The position numbers were made by a program, and so were the translations under genes. From the NCBI GenBank assembly GCA_963718915.1, contig CAVRAI010000015.1, positions 167,812-231,811 of the forward strand: DNA of 64,000 nucleotides, given 5' to 3'. Source of the DNA: an uncultured Chloroflexia bacterium (lineage in GTDB: Bacteria; Chloroflexota; Ktedonobacteria; Ktedonobacterales; JADMIN01). How positions within the stretch are numbered: position 1 is the first letter of the stretch; each line of letters opens with the position of its first letter. The notes under the pieces were generated by a model that was not told where the DNA came from, made no database searches, and worked only from the letters and a program-made list of their open reading frames with translations. Of the stretch, positions 10,150 to 19,314 are shown piece after piece.

Positions 10150-12810
10150 GTGTCCGAGTTGCCAACCGGCCTCGTCACTTTCCTGTTTACCGATATCGAG
10201 GGGTCCACACGCCTGCTGCAACAGCTTGGCCCGCGCTATGGCGAGGCGCTGGCCCAGCAGCGGTCGTTGCTGCGCGCCGCGTTCGCGCGCCGTCATGGCT
10301 ACGAGGTGGATACCCAGGGCGACGCCTTCTTCGTCGCCTTCACCAGCGCGTGGGACGCCCTCTCCTGCGCCGCCGACATCCAGCGCGCGCTGGCGGAGGC
10401 GGAGTGGCCGGATGGCGCGAGCGTGCGCGTGCGTATCGGGCTGCATACGGGCGAGCCAGATATCGCCGCTGGCGGCTACGTTGGGCTGGATGTGCATCGC
10501 GGCGCGCGTATCTGCGCGGCGGGCCATGGTGGCCAGATAGTGCTCTCTCAGCCGACGTACGATCTGGTGAGCGAGGCGCGGACGGATGGCGTGACGCTAC
10601 ATGATCTGGGCGAGCACCGACTGCGCGACGTGCAGCAGCCTGAGCATCTCTATCATGCGGTCATTGCCAACCTGCCGCGAGATTTCCCCCCGCTCCGAAC
10701 CGTGCGGGCGCAGACACTGCCAATACCGCCGACGTCGCTCGTCGGGCGGCAGGAGGCGATCAGCGCGATTCGCGCGTTATTGATGCGCGGCGACGTGCGG
10801 CTGGTCACGCTGACCGGACCGGGTGGCATCGGCAAGACACGCCTCGGCCTCCAGGTCGCCTCGGATGTGATGGTCTCCTTCGCCGATGGCGTCTTTCACG
10901 TGCCGCTGGCGACTCTGAGTGATCCGGCGCTGGTGCTGCCAGCGATCAGCCGCGCGCTCGATGTCCGTGAGTCTGGTGGGGCGGCGAGCCTGCGGACGTG
11001 GCTAGCGGGTAAGCGCGTGCTGTTGCTGCTGGATAACTTCGAGCAGGTGATCGGCGCGGCCAATGCGGTCGCCGATGTGCTGGCCGACCATCCGGGAACG
11101 CGGATACTCGTCACCAGTCGTGAGGCGCTACACGTTCGTGGCGAGCATGAATATCTGGTGTCGCCGCTGGAGATTCCGGTATCCATCGAGGGTGAGCGCG
11201 CCGCCGAGCTCTTCGAGTTGAGCGACCTGGTACAGAATCCGTCCGTGGCGCTCTTCATCGAGCGGGCGCGCGCCATACGCCCGACCTTCGCCGTGACGCG
11301 GGCGAACCTGCCGATCATCGCGCGGATATGCGCCCGACTGGATGGCCTGCCGCTGGCCATCGAGCTGGCGGCGGCGCGTACCCGGCTGCTCTCGCCGCAG
11401 GCAATGGCGCCGCTGCTTTCCAGCCGCCTCGCGCTCTTGACCGACGGCCCACGCGATCTGCCCGCGCGCCAGCGTACCCTGCGCGACGCTATCGGCTGGA
11501 GCTACGATCTGCTCGCGCCGGAGGAACAGACGCTCTTCCGACGACTAACGCTCTTCGCGCGAGGCTTCACCTTTGACGCGGCGGTCGCGCTCAATACCGC
11601 GCTCGATGGCACATTGCCCATCGTGTATCTGGACCGCATTGCCTCGCTGGTTGATAAGAGCCTGCTGCGTCAGAGCGAGGATGAAGACGGCGAGTCGCGC
11701 TTCGGCATGCTGGAGACGATTCGCGAGTATGGCATGGAGCAGCTTTCCGTCAGCGGAGAACTGCCACGGGCACAGGAGGCCCATGCCGCCTACTATGCCG
11801 ATCTGGCCGAGCAGGCGGCGCGCGAGCTAACAGGACCGAACCAGCGCGCCTGGCTGGATCGTCTCGAACGCGATCATGCCAACATGCGGGTGGCGTTGCG
11901 TTGGGCGCGCGATAGCCAGAATACTCTGCTGGGGCTTCGGTTGGCCGCCGCGCTCTGGCGCTTCTGGTATGTGCATGGCTATCTGAGCGAGGGCCGTAGC
12001 TGGCTGGCGAGTCTACTGGCGCAGTCAGCCCAGGTCACATCACGGGGCAATAGCCAGTTGCAGACGGCGCGGGCGCGCGCACTGGCGGGGGCGGCGACCC
12101 TGGCCAGCACGCAGGGCGACGTCCGCGAGACTCAGCGGCTTGGCAAAGAGAGTCTGGCGCTCTGCCGCGCGACCGGCGACCGCGAGGGGCTGGCGATAGC
12201 GCTGACCATCCTCGGCTTTCTGGCGGTGCAGCAGGCGCGTCTCGATCAGGCGGCGTCGCTGGCCGAAGAGGCGCTGGCGATCAGCCGCGAACTGGGCGAC
12301 CAGTGGATTCTGGCGCGGGCGCTCTCCTGTCTTGGGCAGACAGCCTACTTCCAGATGGACTACGACCGCGCGCAGACGTACTTCGAGGAGTGTCTGCTGC
12401 TCAACCAGCGGGCGGGCAGTCTCTCCCATAGCGCGATCACCATGCTCTACCTCGGCCACGTTGCCCGCGAGCAGGGCGACCGTGAGGGCGCGCTGGATCG
12501 CTATCGCGAGGCGCTCCGGCTCAGCCGCGAGCTGGGCGACAAGCTGCGCATCGAACGCGAACTGGTGGCAATCGCCAGCATCTCCGCCGCATCCGGCCAG
12601 ATGGAGCGGGCCGCCCGCCAGTTGGGCGCCGCCGCGGCCCTCCGCCAGGCAATTGGCTCCGACCAGCACCCGCTCGACCGTGACGCCACCGCCGACGCCG
12701 AGCAGGCCGCGCGTGACGCGCTGGGCGACGACTTCGCCCGTATCGAGGCGATTGGGCGCGCGCTGCCGCTGGAGCAGGCGCTCGACGACGCGCTGGATGA
12801 TTCAGCATGA
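10150..12810 (+). CDS. Class III adenylate/guanylate cyclase domain fused to a STAND (NB-ARC-like) ATPase and TPR repeats
   Basis: [13 protein letters not shown]...QGDAFFVAF...GLHTGE (cyclase). Walker [12 protein letters not shown]-terminal TPR-like repeats. GTG 10150 follows GGGGAGA; the track start 10105 is also possible. Confidence 0.8.
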   Translation: MSELPTGLVTFLFTDIEGSTRLLQQLGPRYGEALAQQRSLLRAAFARRHGYEVDTQGDAFFVAFTSAWDALSCAADIQRALAEAEWPDGASVRVRIGLHTGEPDIAAGGYVGLDVHRGARICAAGHGGQIVLSQPTYDLVSEARTDGVTLHDLGEHRLRDVQQPEHLYHAVIANLPRDFPPLRTVRAQTLPIPPTSLVGRQEAISAIRALLMRGDVRLVTLTGPGGIGKTRLGLQVASDVMVSFADGVFHVPLATLSDPALVLPAISRALDVRESGGAASLRTWLAGKRVLLLLDNFEQVIGAANAVADVLADHPGTRILVTSREALHVRGEHEYLVSPLEIPVSIEGERAAELFELSDLVQNPSVALFIERARAIRPTFAVTRANLPIIARICARLDGLPLAIELAAARTRLLSPQAMAPLLSSRLALLTDGPRDLPARQRTLRDAIGWSYDLLAPEEQTLFRRLTLFARGFTFDAAVALNTALDGTLPIVYLDRIASLVDKSLLRQSEDEDGESRFGMLETIREYGMEQLSVSGELPRAQEAHAAYYADLAEQAARELTGPNQRAWLDRLERDHANMRVALRWARDSQNTLLGLRLAAALWRFWYVHGYLSEGRSWLASLLAQSAQVTSRGNSQLQTARARALAGAATLASTQGDVRETQRLGKESLALCRATGDREGLAIALTILGFLAVQQARLDQAASLAEEALAISRELGDQWILARALSCLGQTAYFQMDYDRAQTYFEECLLLNQRAGSLSHSAITMLYLGHVAREQGDREGALDRYREALRLSRELGDKLRIERELVAIASISAASGQMERAARQLGAAAALRQAIGSDQHPLDRDATADAEQAARDALGDDFARIEAIGRALPLEQALDDALDDSA

Positions 12811-12926
12811 GCGCAATGGGTTCACTTCGCGGGTTATGTGCTAGAGTGAGTTGGCACGCATTTTGCTTGGTTTCTTTGCAGAGTACATACACACACTGAG
12901 AAGCCATCCGCCGAGAGGAGCATGCA

Positions 12927-13655
12927 ATGCCTTCCCCTTCCGACGTGTCATCCCTTCCCACACATCCACCGCGTGTAGCGCCCCGCCGTGGGTCGCGCCG
13001 GTTCGCTGGTCTGGCCCTCCTCGCGAGCGGACTTCTCATCGGGATCGCGTCGTTTTTACCCTGGATTCAGCGTGCCACGGCTGCCGTCGGCCATAAGCCC
13101 GCCACGACCAGTAGCCACACGGCGGCACAGGATCTTGTCGGCGTGATCTATCAGACGATGCATGCCCCAGACAGTGTGGCTACCTACGGTAACGCCATCA
13201 ACGACGGTATGGCCGCGTTCGCCATGTGGGGCGTGCCATTCCTGCTGATCCTCTTCGGCCTGAGCGTCCTGTTGGCGCGCACCTGGGCGCCTCGGCTGCG
13301 CACGCGGGTCTTCTACCTCCTCCTCGTCGGCGCGAATGTGGCGTTCACAGTGCTGCTGGTCTGGCTCTACAGCACTACCTACGTTGATGCCGGCGTTGTG
13401 ACCAATATGCGTCAGATCGGGCCAGCCGTTGCCCTGCTCGGCGACTTCTTCGCGCTGGTGGGAATTCTCTGGCTGGCGCGTCTCCCCAGGATTTCCAAGA
13501 TGCCTAAGACGCCCAAGACACCTAAGAAGTCCACTACGCCTACCCGGTCGAGTAGACGCGAGGAGACCACCAAAGGCCCAGTTGCGCCACCGCCACTAAC
13601 TCCGCCACCAAACTCCGGGCCGCCGCGCGAGCTAGTCCCAGTCGAGGACTGGTGA
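12927..13655 (+). CDS. Membrane protein with Pro/Lys/Thr-rich C-terminal tail
   Basis: 4-5 hydrophobic helices, then KMPKTPKTPKKSTTP...PPPLTPPPNSGPP. GAGAGGAG RBS before ATG 12927. Confidence 0.55.
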   Translation: MPSPSDVSSLPTHPPRVAPRRGSRRFAGLALLASGLLIGIASFLPWIQRATAAVGHKPATTSSHTAAQDLVGVIYQTMHAPDSVATYGNAINDGMAAFAMWGVPFLLILFGLSVLLARTWAPRLRTRVFYLLLVGANVAFTVLLVWLYSTTYVDAGVVTNMRQIGPAVALLGDFFALVGILWLARLPRISKMPKTPKTPKKSTTPTRSSRREETTKGPVAPPPLTPPPNSGPPRELVPVEDW

Positions 13656-13872
13656 GCACGGAGGACTTAAATATGGTTGGGGATGGCCGGAGAATTCGGT
13701 CGCCATCCTCGCGCCATTCCTTCCGCCTGCGCTGGACCTGCTCAATATCCCATCACGAAGCTGTGACCGACCGTCAGACTTCATGTGGGGTTGTTGACAG
13801 CAGACGGAGGGGTGTACGTATTATCTAGACCCGATCAGGAAGGATTACGTCCTGATAGTTGCCGAACGTTGC

Positions 13873-14187
13873 TCAATTTCGAGCGACATAACGAACGATA
13901 TACTCGATTGTCGCTGCCTTTGATCGCTTGTTTGCTGCTGGTGCTTGAGGGTTTCGTTGCTCGACCCTGCGCGCTGCATCCTTTAGTTTTTCGTGCGAGA
14001 ACAGGTCAAGCACAGTGCCTAATTGGTCTGCACCGTACGCCTCGTAGACGAGGTAGGGATCTACGGGCGCAGAAGTATTCAACGTGAACCCCTCAACATG
14101 CTTGACAGGCAGAGGTTTAGCGCGAGCGCTTTGGGCGTTGTGCTGGATGATGCCGTGCCACGTTTCTGAGCTCCGGCAGCACGCCAT
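13873..14187 (-). CDS. Hypothetical protein, last ORF of the Mrr/ParA cassette
   Basis: ORF only. Overlaps the 80-aa ORF by 71 nt in another frame; could be its frameshifted continuation. Confidence 0.3.
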   Translation of the reverse strand: MACCRSSETWHGIIQHNAQSARAKPLPVKHVEGFTLNTSAPVDPYLVYEAYGADQLGTVLDLFSHEKLKDAARRVEQRNPQAPAANKRSKAATIEYIVRYVARN

Positions 14188-14359
14188 AGAGTACGCGCAC
14201 CCGCCTGGCGAAGGTCGAGTTACTCTCCAACTCCTCAGCTGCCGCGATGAGGATTGCCTTCTCTAGGCGTTTGGCGTCGTTTAGACCTAAGAGCTGTGCC
14301 GCCTGCTTTGATGCCGCGCTTGGTGTCAAACGCGGTGCTGTTACGCTACTTGCTGACAT
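14117..14359 (-). CDS. Hypothetical small protein downstream of parA-like gene (position expected for a ParB/ParG-type partner)
   Basis: Overlaps the parA-like stop by 14 nt; no domain recognised. Confidence 0.3.
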   Translation of the reverse strand: MSASSVTAPRLTPSAASKQAAQLLGLNDAKRLEKAILIAAAEELESNSTFARRVRVLYGVLPELRNVARHHPAQRPKRSR

Positions 14360-15377
14360 CGCTCACCATCGCTTTCACAAACTCATCGTACTTGGTCGCC
14401 GCAGGGCCCATCTTGGCCGTCAGCCGGAAGATAGCGCGCAACCCGCCGCTACCTGTCGCCTGGTGCGCTACTTCAATGCGATCATCGACTGGAATTACCG
14501 TGTTATAGATGTTGATGTGCTCGTTCGTGAGGAAGAGGCGTAAGGTGGCGAGTGCTTCGTCGGCAGCCTTGCCCGGTTTCCATCGGGTAATGAGGCAGCC
14601 TAAGATGCGAGAGTGTGCCTCCTCTGTGGTACCCGTCAATGCGCCCATCGTTGCTGCCATTTCAGATCTATCCACACCTTGGACCGCAAACGTCTCAGCG
14701 AACGCTGGAATCAGAATGTAGTCCGCCGCCGCCAGTGCTGCACGCGCATAAAATGTGTCACCAGCTGGGGTGTCGAGAATGATCCAGTCATATGGCAGGG
14801 TACTCGCGTTACCATTCTGCTGTGCTGGTGCTGGCACCGCTAGGTGCCGCAGATCGTCCACAAAACGCAGTTCGGCCTTCGTGCGTTCAACACCGGCGAA
14901 TAGCGGCCGATAGAGATCACCCTGGGCAGGTACGAGCGACAGATTCTTGAAACGTGTCTCGCGAACCAATACCGAGAGTGGCACCCCTGTGCGCAGATAA
15001 TCGGTCACATAGGTGGTATCAGGCGGCTGGGGAGCAGTTTTCGCCTCCACTTTCGACAGACCCGGTGGTATTGGCCGGGGAAGTGATTGCGTAAGGCTCG
15101 CCTGACCGTCAAGATCGATTAACAGCACACGTTGATTGTGTGGTTGGTCGGCTAGGGCGAAGCCGATGTTAAGCGCCGTAGTCGTCTTGGCGACGCCGCC
15201 CTTGGTATTTGCCACCGCCAGGATGCGTGCATGCCGAGGCGGACGGCGCGTCGCCTTCGCCAGGTCACTGCCTTTGAAGAGCCATACTGGTGAGGTAGGT
15301 TGCGTAGGAGCAAGTGATATACCATCAAACGTGCCGTTGAGACGTGAGCCACCCACATAGGTGATATAGCGCATCAG
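14346..15377 (-). CDS. ParA/Soj-family (MinD/ParA-type) P-loop ATPase with about 65-aa N-terminal extension
   Basis: Deviant Walker A NTKGGVAKTT; LLIDLDGQAS; WIILDTPAG. ATG 15377 lies 7 nt after the Mrr-like stop. Confidence 0.75.
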   Translation of the reverse strand: MMRYITYVGGSRLNGTFDGISLAPTQPTSPVWLFKGSDLAKATRRPPRHARILAVANTKGGVAKTTTALNIGFALADQPHNQRVLLIDLDGQASLTQSLPRPIPPGLSKVEAKTAPQPPDTTYVTDYLRTGVPLSVLVRETRFKNLSLVPAQGDLYRPLFAGVERTKAELRFVDDLRHLAVPAPAQQNGNASTLPYDWIILDTPAGDTFYARAALAAADYILIPAFAETFAVQGVDRSEMAATMGALTGTTEEAHSRILGCLITRWKPGKAADEALATLRLFLTNEHINIYNTVIPVDDRIEVAHQATGSGGLRAIFRLTAKMGPAATKYDEFVKAMVSDVSK

Positions 15378-15387
15378 CATGGAACCG

Positions 15388-15798
15388 TCAATCAGCGGAC
15401 CCGTCACCGACATTAGCTGCGGCCTGCCAAGCATTGTCGTTGAAGCCGCTTGTGGTGACGAGGAAGCCTGGGACGTTACCTGCTATTGCCAGCACGCCTA
15501 CAAAGTCGGCCACATTGTGGTAGTCCAGCAGATTCGTCGGCGCATATCGTCGCACCTCGACGCGAGCCGTGGGCTTGCCCTGGTTGGTGCCCGAGTAGAG
15601 GTTCAGGTCTACGCCAGGGCCATTTGGGAACTGCTTCAGCGCCACATGCTCAACCGAGTACCCAGCGCACGTAAAGACGTGTGCGACGAACTGCTCAAAA
15701 TCTTGCCAGCTAAGATCTAACATCGCCTGGACGGACGGGTGAGAGAAGAGTTCCTCGAATAGCGCCGTCTTTGCGGGGTCCACATTGCTCGCCACCAC
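15388..15798 (-). CDS. Mrr-like restriction endonuclease domain protein (Mrr_cat, PD-(D/E)xK)
   Basis: LSWQDFEQFVAHVF..AGYSV...GVDL...VEVRRY...FLVTTSGF matches the Mrr_cat layout. AGGGGG RBS before GTG 15798. Confidence 0.6.
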   Translation of the reverse strand: MVASNVDPAKTALFEELFSHPSVQAMLDLSWQDFEQFVAHVFTCAGYSVEHVALKQFPNGPGVDLNLYSGTNQGKPTARVEVRRYAPTNLLDYHNVADFVGVLAIAGNVPGFLVTTSGFNDNAWQAAANVGDGSAD

Positions 15799-16974
15799 GC
15801 GTTAACCCCCTGTTCTTCACCACCATTTGAGATACTCCACAACATTTATGCAGCGACCAATGGGCGTTGCGGTGCGTAGCGCGACTATAGCATACTAGGA
15901 GGTAAAACACAATCGGTATGACTGAAGGGTATGTTTTCAGACGCGAGTAGAACGGTATGCCTGGATCGATCGAGTTATCTCGGTAGACGAAATACTCAAG
16001 ATACCTTTTATCAGAAGTACCAGCCTACTGACGACGGCCCCAGAAGCGTACGGTTCCAACGGACGGTCAAGCGGAAACGGAATGCGAAAACCGAAGAAAT
16101 ACAGGCCAATGCGCTACCGATGGTCGGGCGGTTACCTGAATGTGACGCCTAATGGCTTCGCTGGAGCCACCGGCTCCCAATCTCCTGCGCTATGAGTGCA
16201 ATCTGAAGGGCCTGACGAGTTTCTTGCTCATGCTGTAACGAATGCAGGTGAGTCCTGACGCGCCTGATCCTCCTGGGGTCACGCTGCGTGCTCGGGCTTC
16301 CTCATGGCCTCTTCGCGCGCTGGTGCAGCAAGATCGGGCGAAGGGATCCGTCACCCGAGCCATATAACGCTGGCGACGAAGATTAGCGGTACCATGCCCT
16401 CATATCATCTCACACTTCACTGGTCTCATCTGCCTACACTGACAACCGAATCCCTGAAGGGGTGCGCTACTCTATTAATCGAGTGGACGACGCGACGTCC
16501 ATTGAAGAGACCGTACGACAGATCGCTACAGGCGGTGGCGCGTATCGGCAAGCAGGCGACGGCAGCGCCTTTCAATGCGTGTACGGCGTCGCGCAAAACC
16601 GGTCGGACGCTCAGCATTTGGTTTCTGGCGTTTTACCAGCAACTCATATTTGTGGTCAGCACCGAACACCCAGATTGACTGAGTTGGATTCAAGTAGGTC
16701 GTCATGGGAGTGTATTCGACAGGGTTCTTGCAGGCCGTAACCGTCCGGACGGAATCGTCTGAGGATAAGAAAGTGCGGGCGGGCCAGCCGGTTACGCAAG
16801 CAGTTCTGGCGGTTCAAGACTTCGCGTAAAGCGGAACGGAGATCTTGCTGGCGTCGAGAACTCGGGCGCGGCTACACTCTGCTGAGAGGCTGGACGTTGC
16901 GGGCGTCTTCGACTTATGCTTCAGCATACTCTACTCACACATCACACGCCAGGCTTGACGAGGAGCGACTACCG

Positions 16975-17542
16975 ATGCGCATGGCATTCGTGATTTATGA
17001 CGGCATGACCGCGCTGGACTTCATCGGCGCGTATGACCCGCTGACGCGACTGAACACGATGGATCTGCTGCCCGACGTGGCGTGGCATGTCTGCGCGACC
17101 ACCACGACCGTCCGCGATATCGGCGGCCTGCGCTTCGTGCCCGATCTCGTCGGCGAGCCGCTGACTGGCTACGATCTCGTCTTCGTGCCGGGCGGCTTCG
17201 GCACGCGCGCATTGATGGACGATGCCGACTTCATCGCGTGGATCAGAACGGCGGCGGAGGCGCCGCTGCTCGCCTCGGTCTGCACTGGCTCACTGCTGCT
17301 GGGCGCGGCGGGGCTGCTCAAGGACGTTCGCGCGACGACCCATCCCAGCGCCTACGAGGATCTGCGCCCATTCTGCCGCGAGGTGGTGCAGGAGCGCATT
17401 GTGGACGAGGGGCGTATCATCACCGGGCGCGGCGTCACCTCCTCGATTGACCTGGGGCTGCTACCTGGTCGAGAGGCTGGCGGGCAAAGCCATCCGGCAG
17501 CGCATCAAGGCGCAGATGGACTACCCCTATGGCGACGAATGA
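16975..17542 (+). pseudogene. DJ-1/PfpI-family protein interrupted by a single +1 frameshift
   Basis: MRMAFVIYDGMTALDF...VCTGSLLLG...GVTSSIDLGL in frame 1. This continues as YLVERLAGKAIRQRIKAQMDYPYGDE in frame 2; junction near 17455-17462 (ctggggctgctacctg). Confidence 0.7.
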
Positions 17543-18281
17543 CGCGCATGCAACGGCGGATGCGCGCGTCGCGGCGTTCTGGGCCAGCTTCCTCGGCTGC
17601 ACGCCTGAGCAACTGGAAACGTCAGGCACGTGGGTTGGGCCGCACGCCGACACCGGGCTTGCGGACTACAGGGGCGCGTATCTGCTTCGCCGGGGTGATT
17701 CGTGCGTCGTTTCCGTGCCCGCGCCGCTGCTTACGATAGTTACCGCTCAGTTATCGAGTTTATCCGCAGCTTCTAGCTTCGATATTACGCGGCTGCAACG
17801 ACTCTTTGGCGACGCCATCGCGCGAATCGTCGGCCCAGCATGGCAGGGCTACCTCTGGGCCGACGACTTCAGGCCAGTTGCGCGGCCGAACGTGCGCCAA
17901 CTGAACGATGCGGACGATCCAGCGCTGCGATGGCTGGAAGAGGCTTGCGACGAGCAGGAGTGGGAGGAAGTTGGCATCGGCAGGGCAGAGCAGGTAGTTT
18001 TCGGCGCGTTCGTCGGGGATCACCTCGTCGCGGCGGGTATGGGCGAGCGGCTCGCCGCAACCCTTCTGCACATCGGCATCATCACCCATCCCGACTATCG
18101 CGGCCAAGGACACGGACGCGCGGTGGTCAGCGCTATCGCCGCGTATGGGCTTGGGGTCGGCCTGGTACCGCGATACCAGGCGCTGGCGGCGAACACTCCC
18201 TCGGTGGCTATCGCCCGCGCCCTCGGCTTCTCCCACTACGCGACGACCCTTGCCGTCCGCCTCTCGCGGCTGGATATCTGA
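17529..18281 (+). CDS. GNAT-family N-acetyltransferase
   Basis: C-terminal IITHPDYRGQGHGRAVVSAI...ARALGF matches GNAT motif A. Confidence 0.65.
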   Translation: MATNDAHATADARVAAFWASFLGCTPEQLETSGTWVGPHADTGLADYRGAYLLRRGDSCVVSVPAPLLTIVTAQLSSLSAASSFDITRLQRLFGDAIARIVGPAWQGYLWADDFRPVARPNVRQLNDADDPALRWLEEACDEQEWEEVGIGRAEQVVFGAFVGDHLVAAGMGERLAATLLHIGIITHPDYRGQGHGRAVVSAIAAYGLGVGLVPRYQALAANTPSVAIARALGFSHYATTLAVRLSRLDI

Positions 18282-18285
18282 TGCC

Positions 18286-18315
18286 TTGATCGAACTGGTA
18301 ATTTTGTTCTATCAT
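18286..18315 (+). promoter_or_regulatory. Sigma70-like promoter candidate for the 18362 gene
   Basis: TTGATC-N18-TATCAT, followed by AGGGAGG RBS and ATG 18362. Confidence 0.3.
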
Positions 18316-18361
18316 CTGGCAGTGCGATTCATGCTATCTCCTCACAGGGAGGCGCCACCAT

Positions 18362-18697
18362 ATGGGCCAGCAAACGATCACGCCGCAAGAGCGCTATGCC
18401 GCGCTCGTCGAGGAATTTCTCGGCGAGAAGGATGTCGAGCAATCGGGCAAAGGCTTCGGGTCAGACGCGCTGAAGGTGCGCGGCAAAATCTTCGCCATGC
18501 TCTCGCAGGGGCGGCTCGTCGTCAAGCTGCCGCGCCAGCGGGTGGACGCGCTGGTGGCGTCGGGCGACGGCGAGCGCTTCGATCCGCGCCGCGACGGCCG
18601 GGTGATGAAAGAGTGGCTGGCCCTCGCCCCAACATCGCCGCTGGAATGGCTGCAGCTGGCGCGTGAGGCGCGGACGTTCGTGGCGTCTACCCGCTAG
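18362..18697 (+). CDS. Small conserved protein, TfoX_N/YjbR-like fold (tentative)
   Basis: GFGSDALKVRGKIFAMLSQGRLVVKLP...MKEWLAL pattern; RBS present. Confidence 0.4.
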   Translation: MGQQTITPQERYAALVEEFLGEKDVEQSGKGFGSDALKVRGKIFAMLSQGRLVVKLPRQRVDALVASGDGERFDPRRDGRVMKEWLALAPTSPLEWLQLAREARTFVASTR

Positions 18698-19245
18698 CCC
18701 GCGTAGTCATCCGTCATGAAGCGATGCTGCTCGAAACGGTCGCGGCACTCCTCGATGATCTTCCACGCGGCTAGGGCGTCGAACCAGTCGCGCACGTCCG
18801 TCTGGACACCCTGTAGCTCTTTGTAGGTACGGAAGAAGGCGGCAATCTCGCGCGGCCAGTGTTCCGGCAGGTCGGGCAGGTCGCGGATGTCCTTGTAGCG
18901 CGGGTCATCCACAGGAACCGCCAGAATCTTCTCGTCCATCCCCTTTTCGTCAAACATTGTCAGCGTGCCAATTGGCCGCGCGCGCACGTGGCAGCCGGGA
19001 AACGTCGGCTCATCCACCACCACCAGCACATCCAGCGGATCGCCGTCGCCGGAGAGTGTGCCCGGCACGAAGCCGTAGTCGGTCGGGTAGTGAACCGACG
19101 AGTAGAGCACACGGTCGAGCCGCATGACGCCGCGCTCGTGGTCGTACTCATATTTGTTGCGGCTGCCGCGCGGAATCTCGATCATCACCTCGATCCAGCC
19201 GTCATCCCGCCCACCACGCAGGGTATCCTCGCTCTTTTCGCTCAT
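18694..19245 (-). CDS. ppa: Inorganic pyrophosphatase (family I)
   Basis: IEIPRGSRNKYEYD, YPTDYGFVPGT, DGDPLDVLV. GAGGAGG RBS before ATG 19245. Confidence 0.9.
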   Translation of the reverse strand: MSEKSEDTLRGGRDDGWIEVMIEIPRGSRNKYEYDHERGVMRLDRVLYSSVHYPTDYGFVPGTLSGDGDPLDVLVVVDEPTFPGCHVRARPIGTLTMFDEKGMDEKILAVPVDDPRYKDIRDLPDLPEHWPREIAAFFRTYKELQGVQTDVRDWFDALAAWKIIEECRDRFEQHRFMTDDYAG

Positions 19246-19314
19246 CGCCACGCCTCCTCGCTCTGATGTCACCGTTATAACGAGATTATCGCGCGTAGTG
19301 GCGTGGGCCTGCTA

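Noticed and set aside
16304-16678. 124-aa plus-strand ORF
   Set aside because: It has no RBS or motif, lies in the apparently decayed stretch, and the opposite strand carries equally plausible broken fragments.
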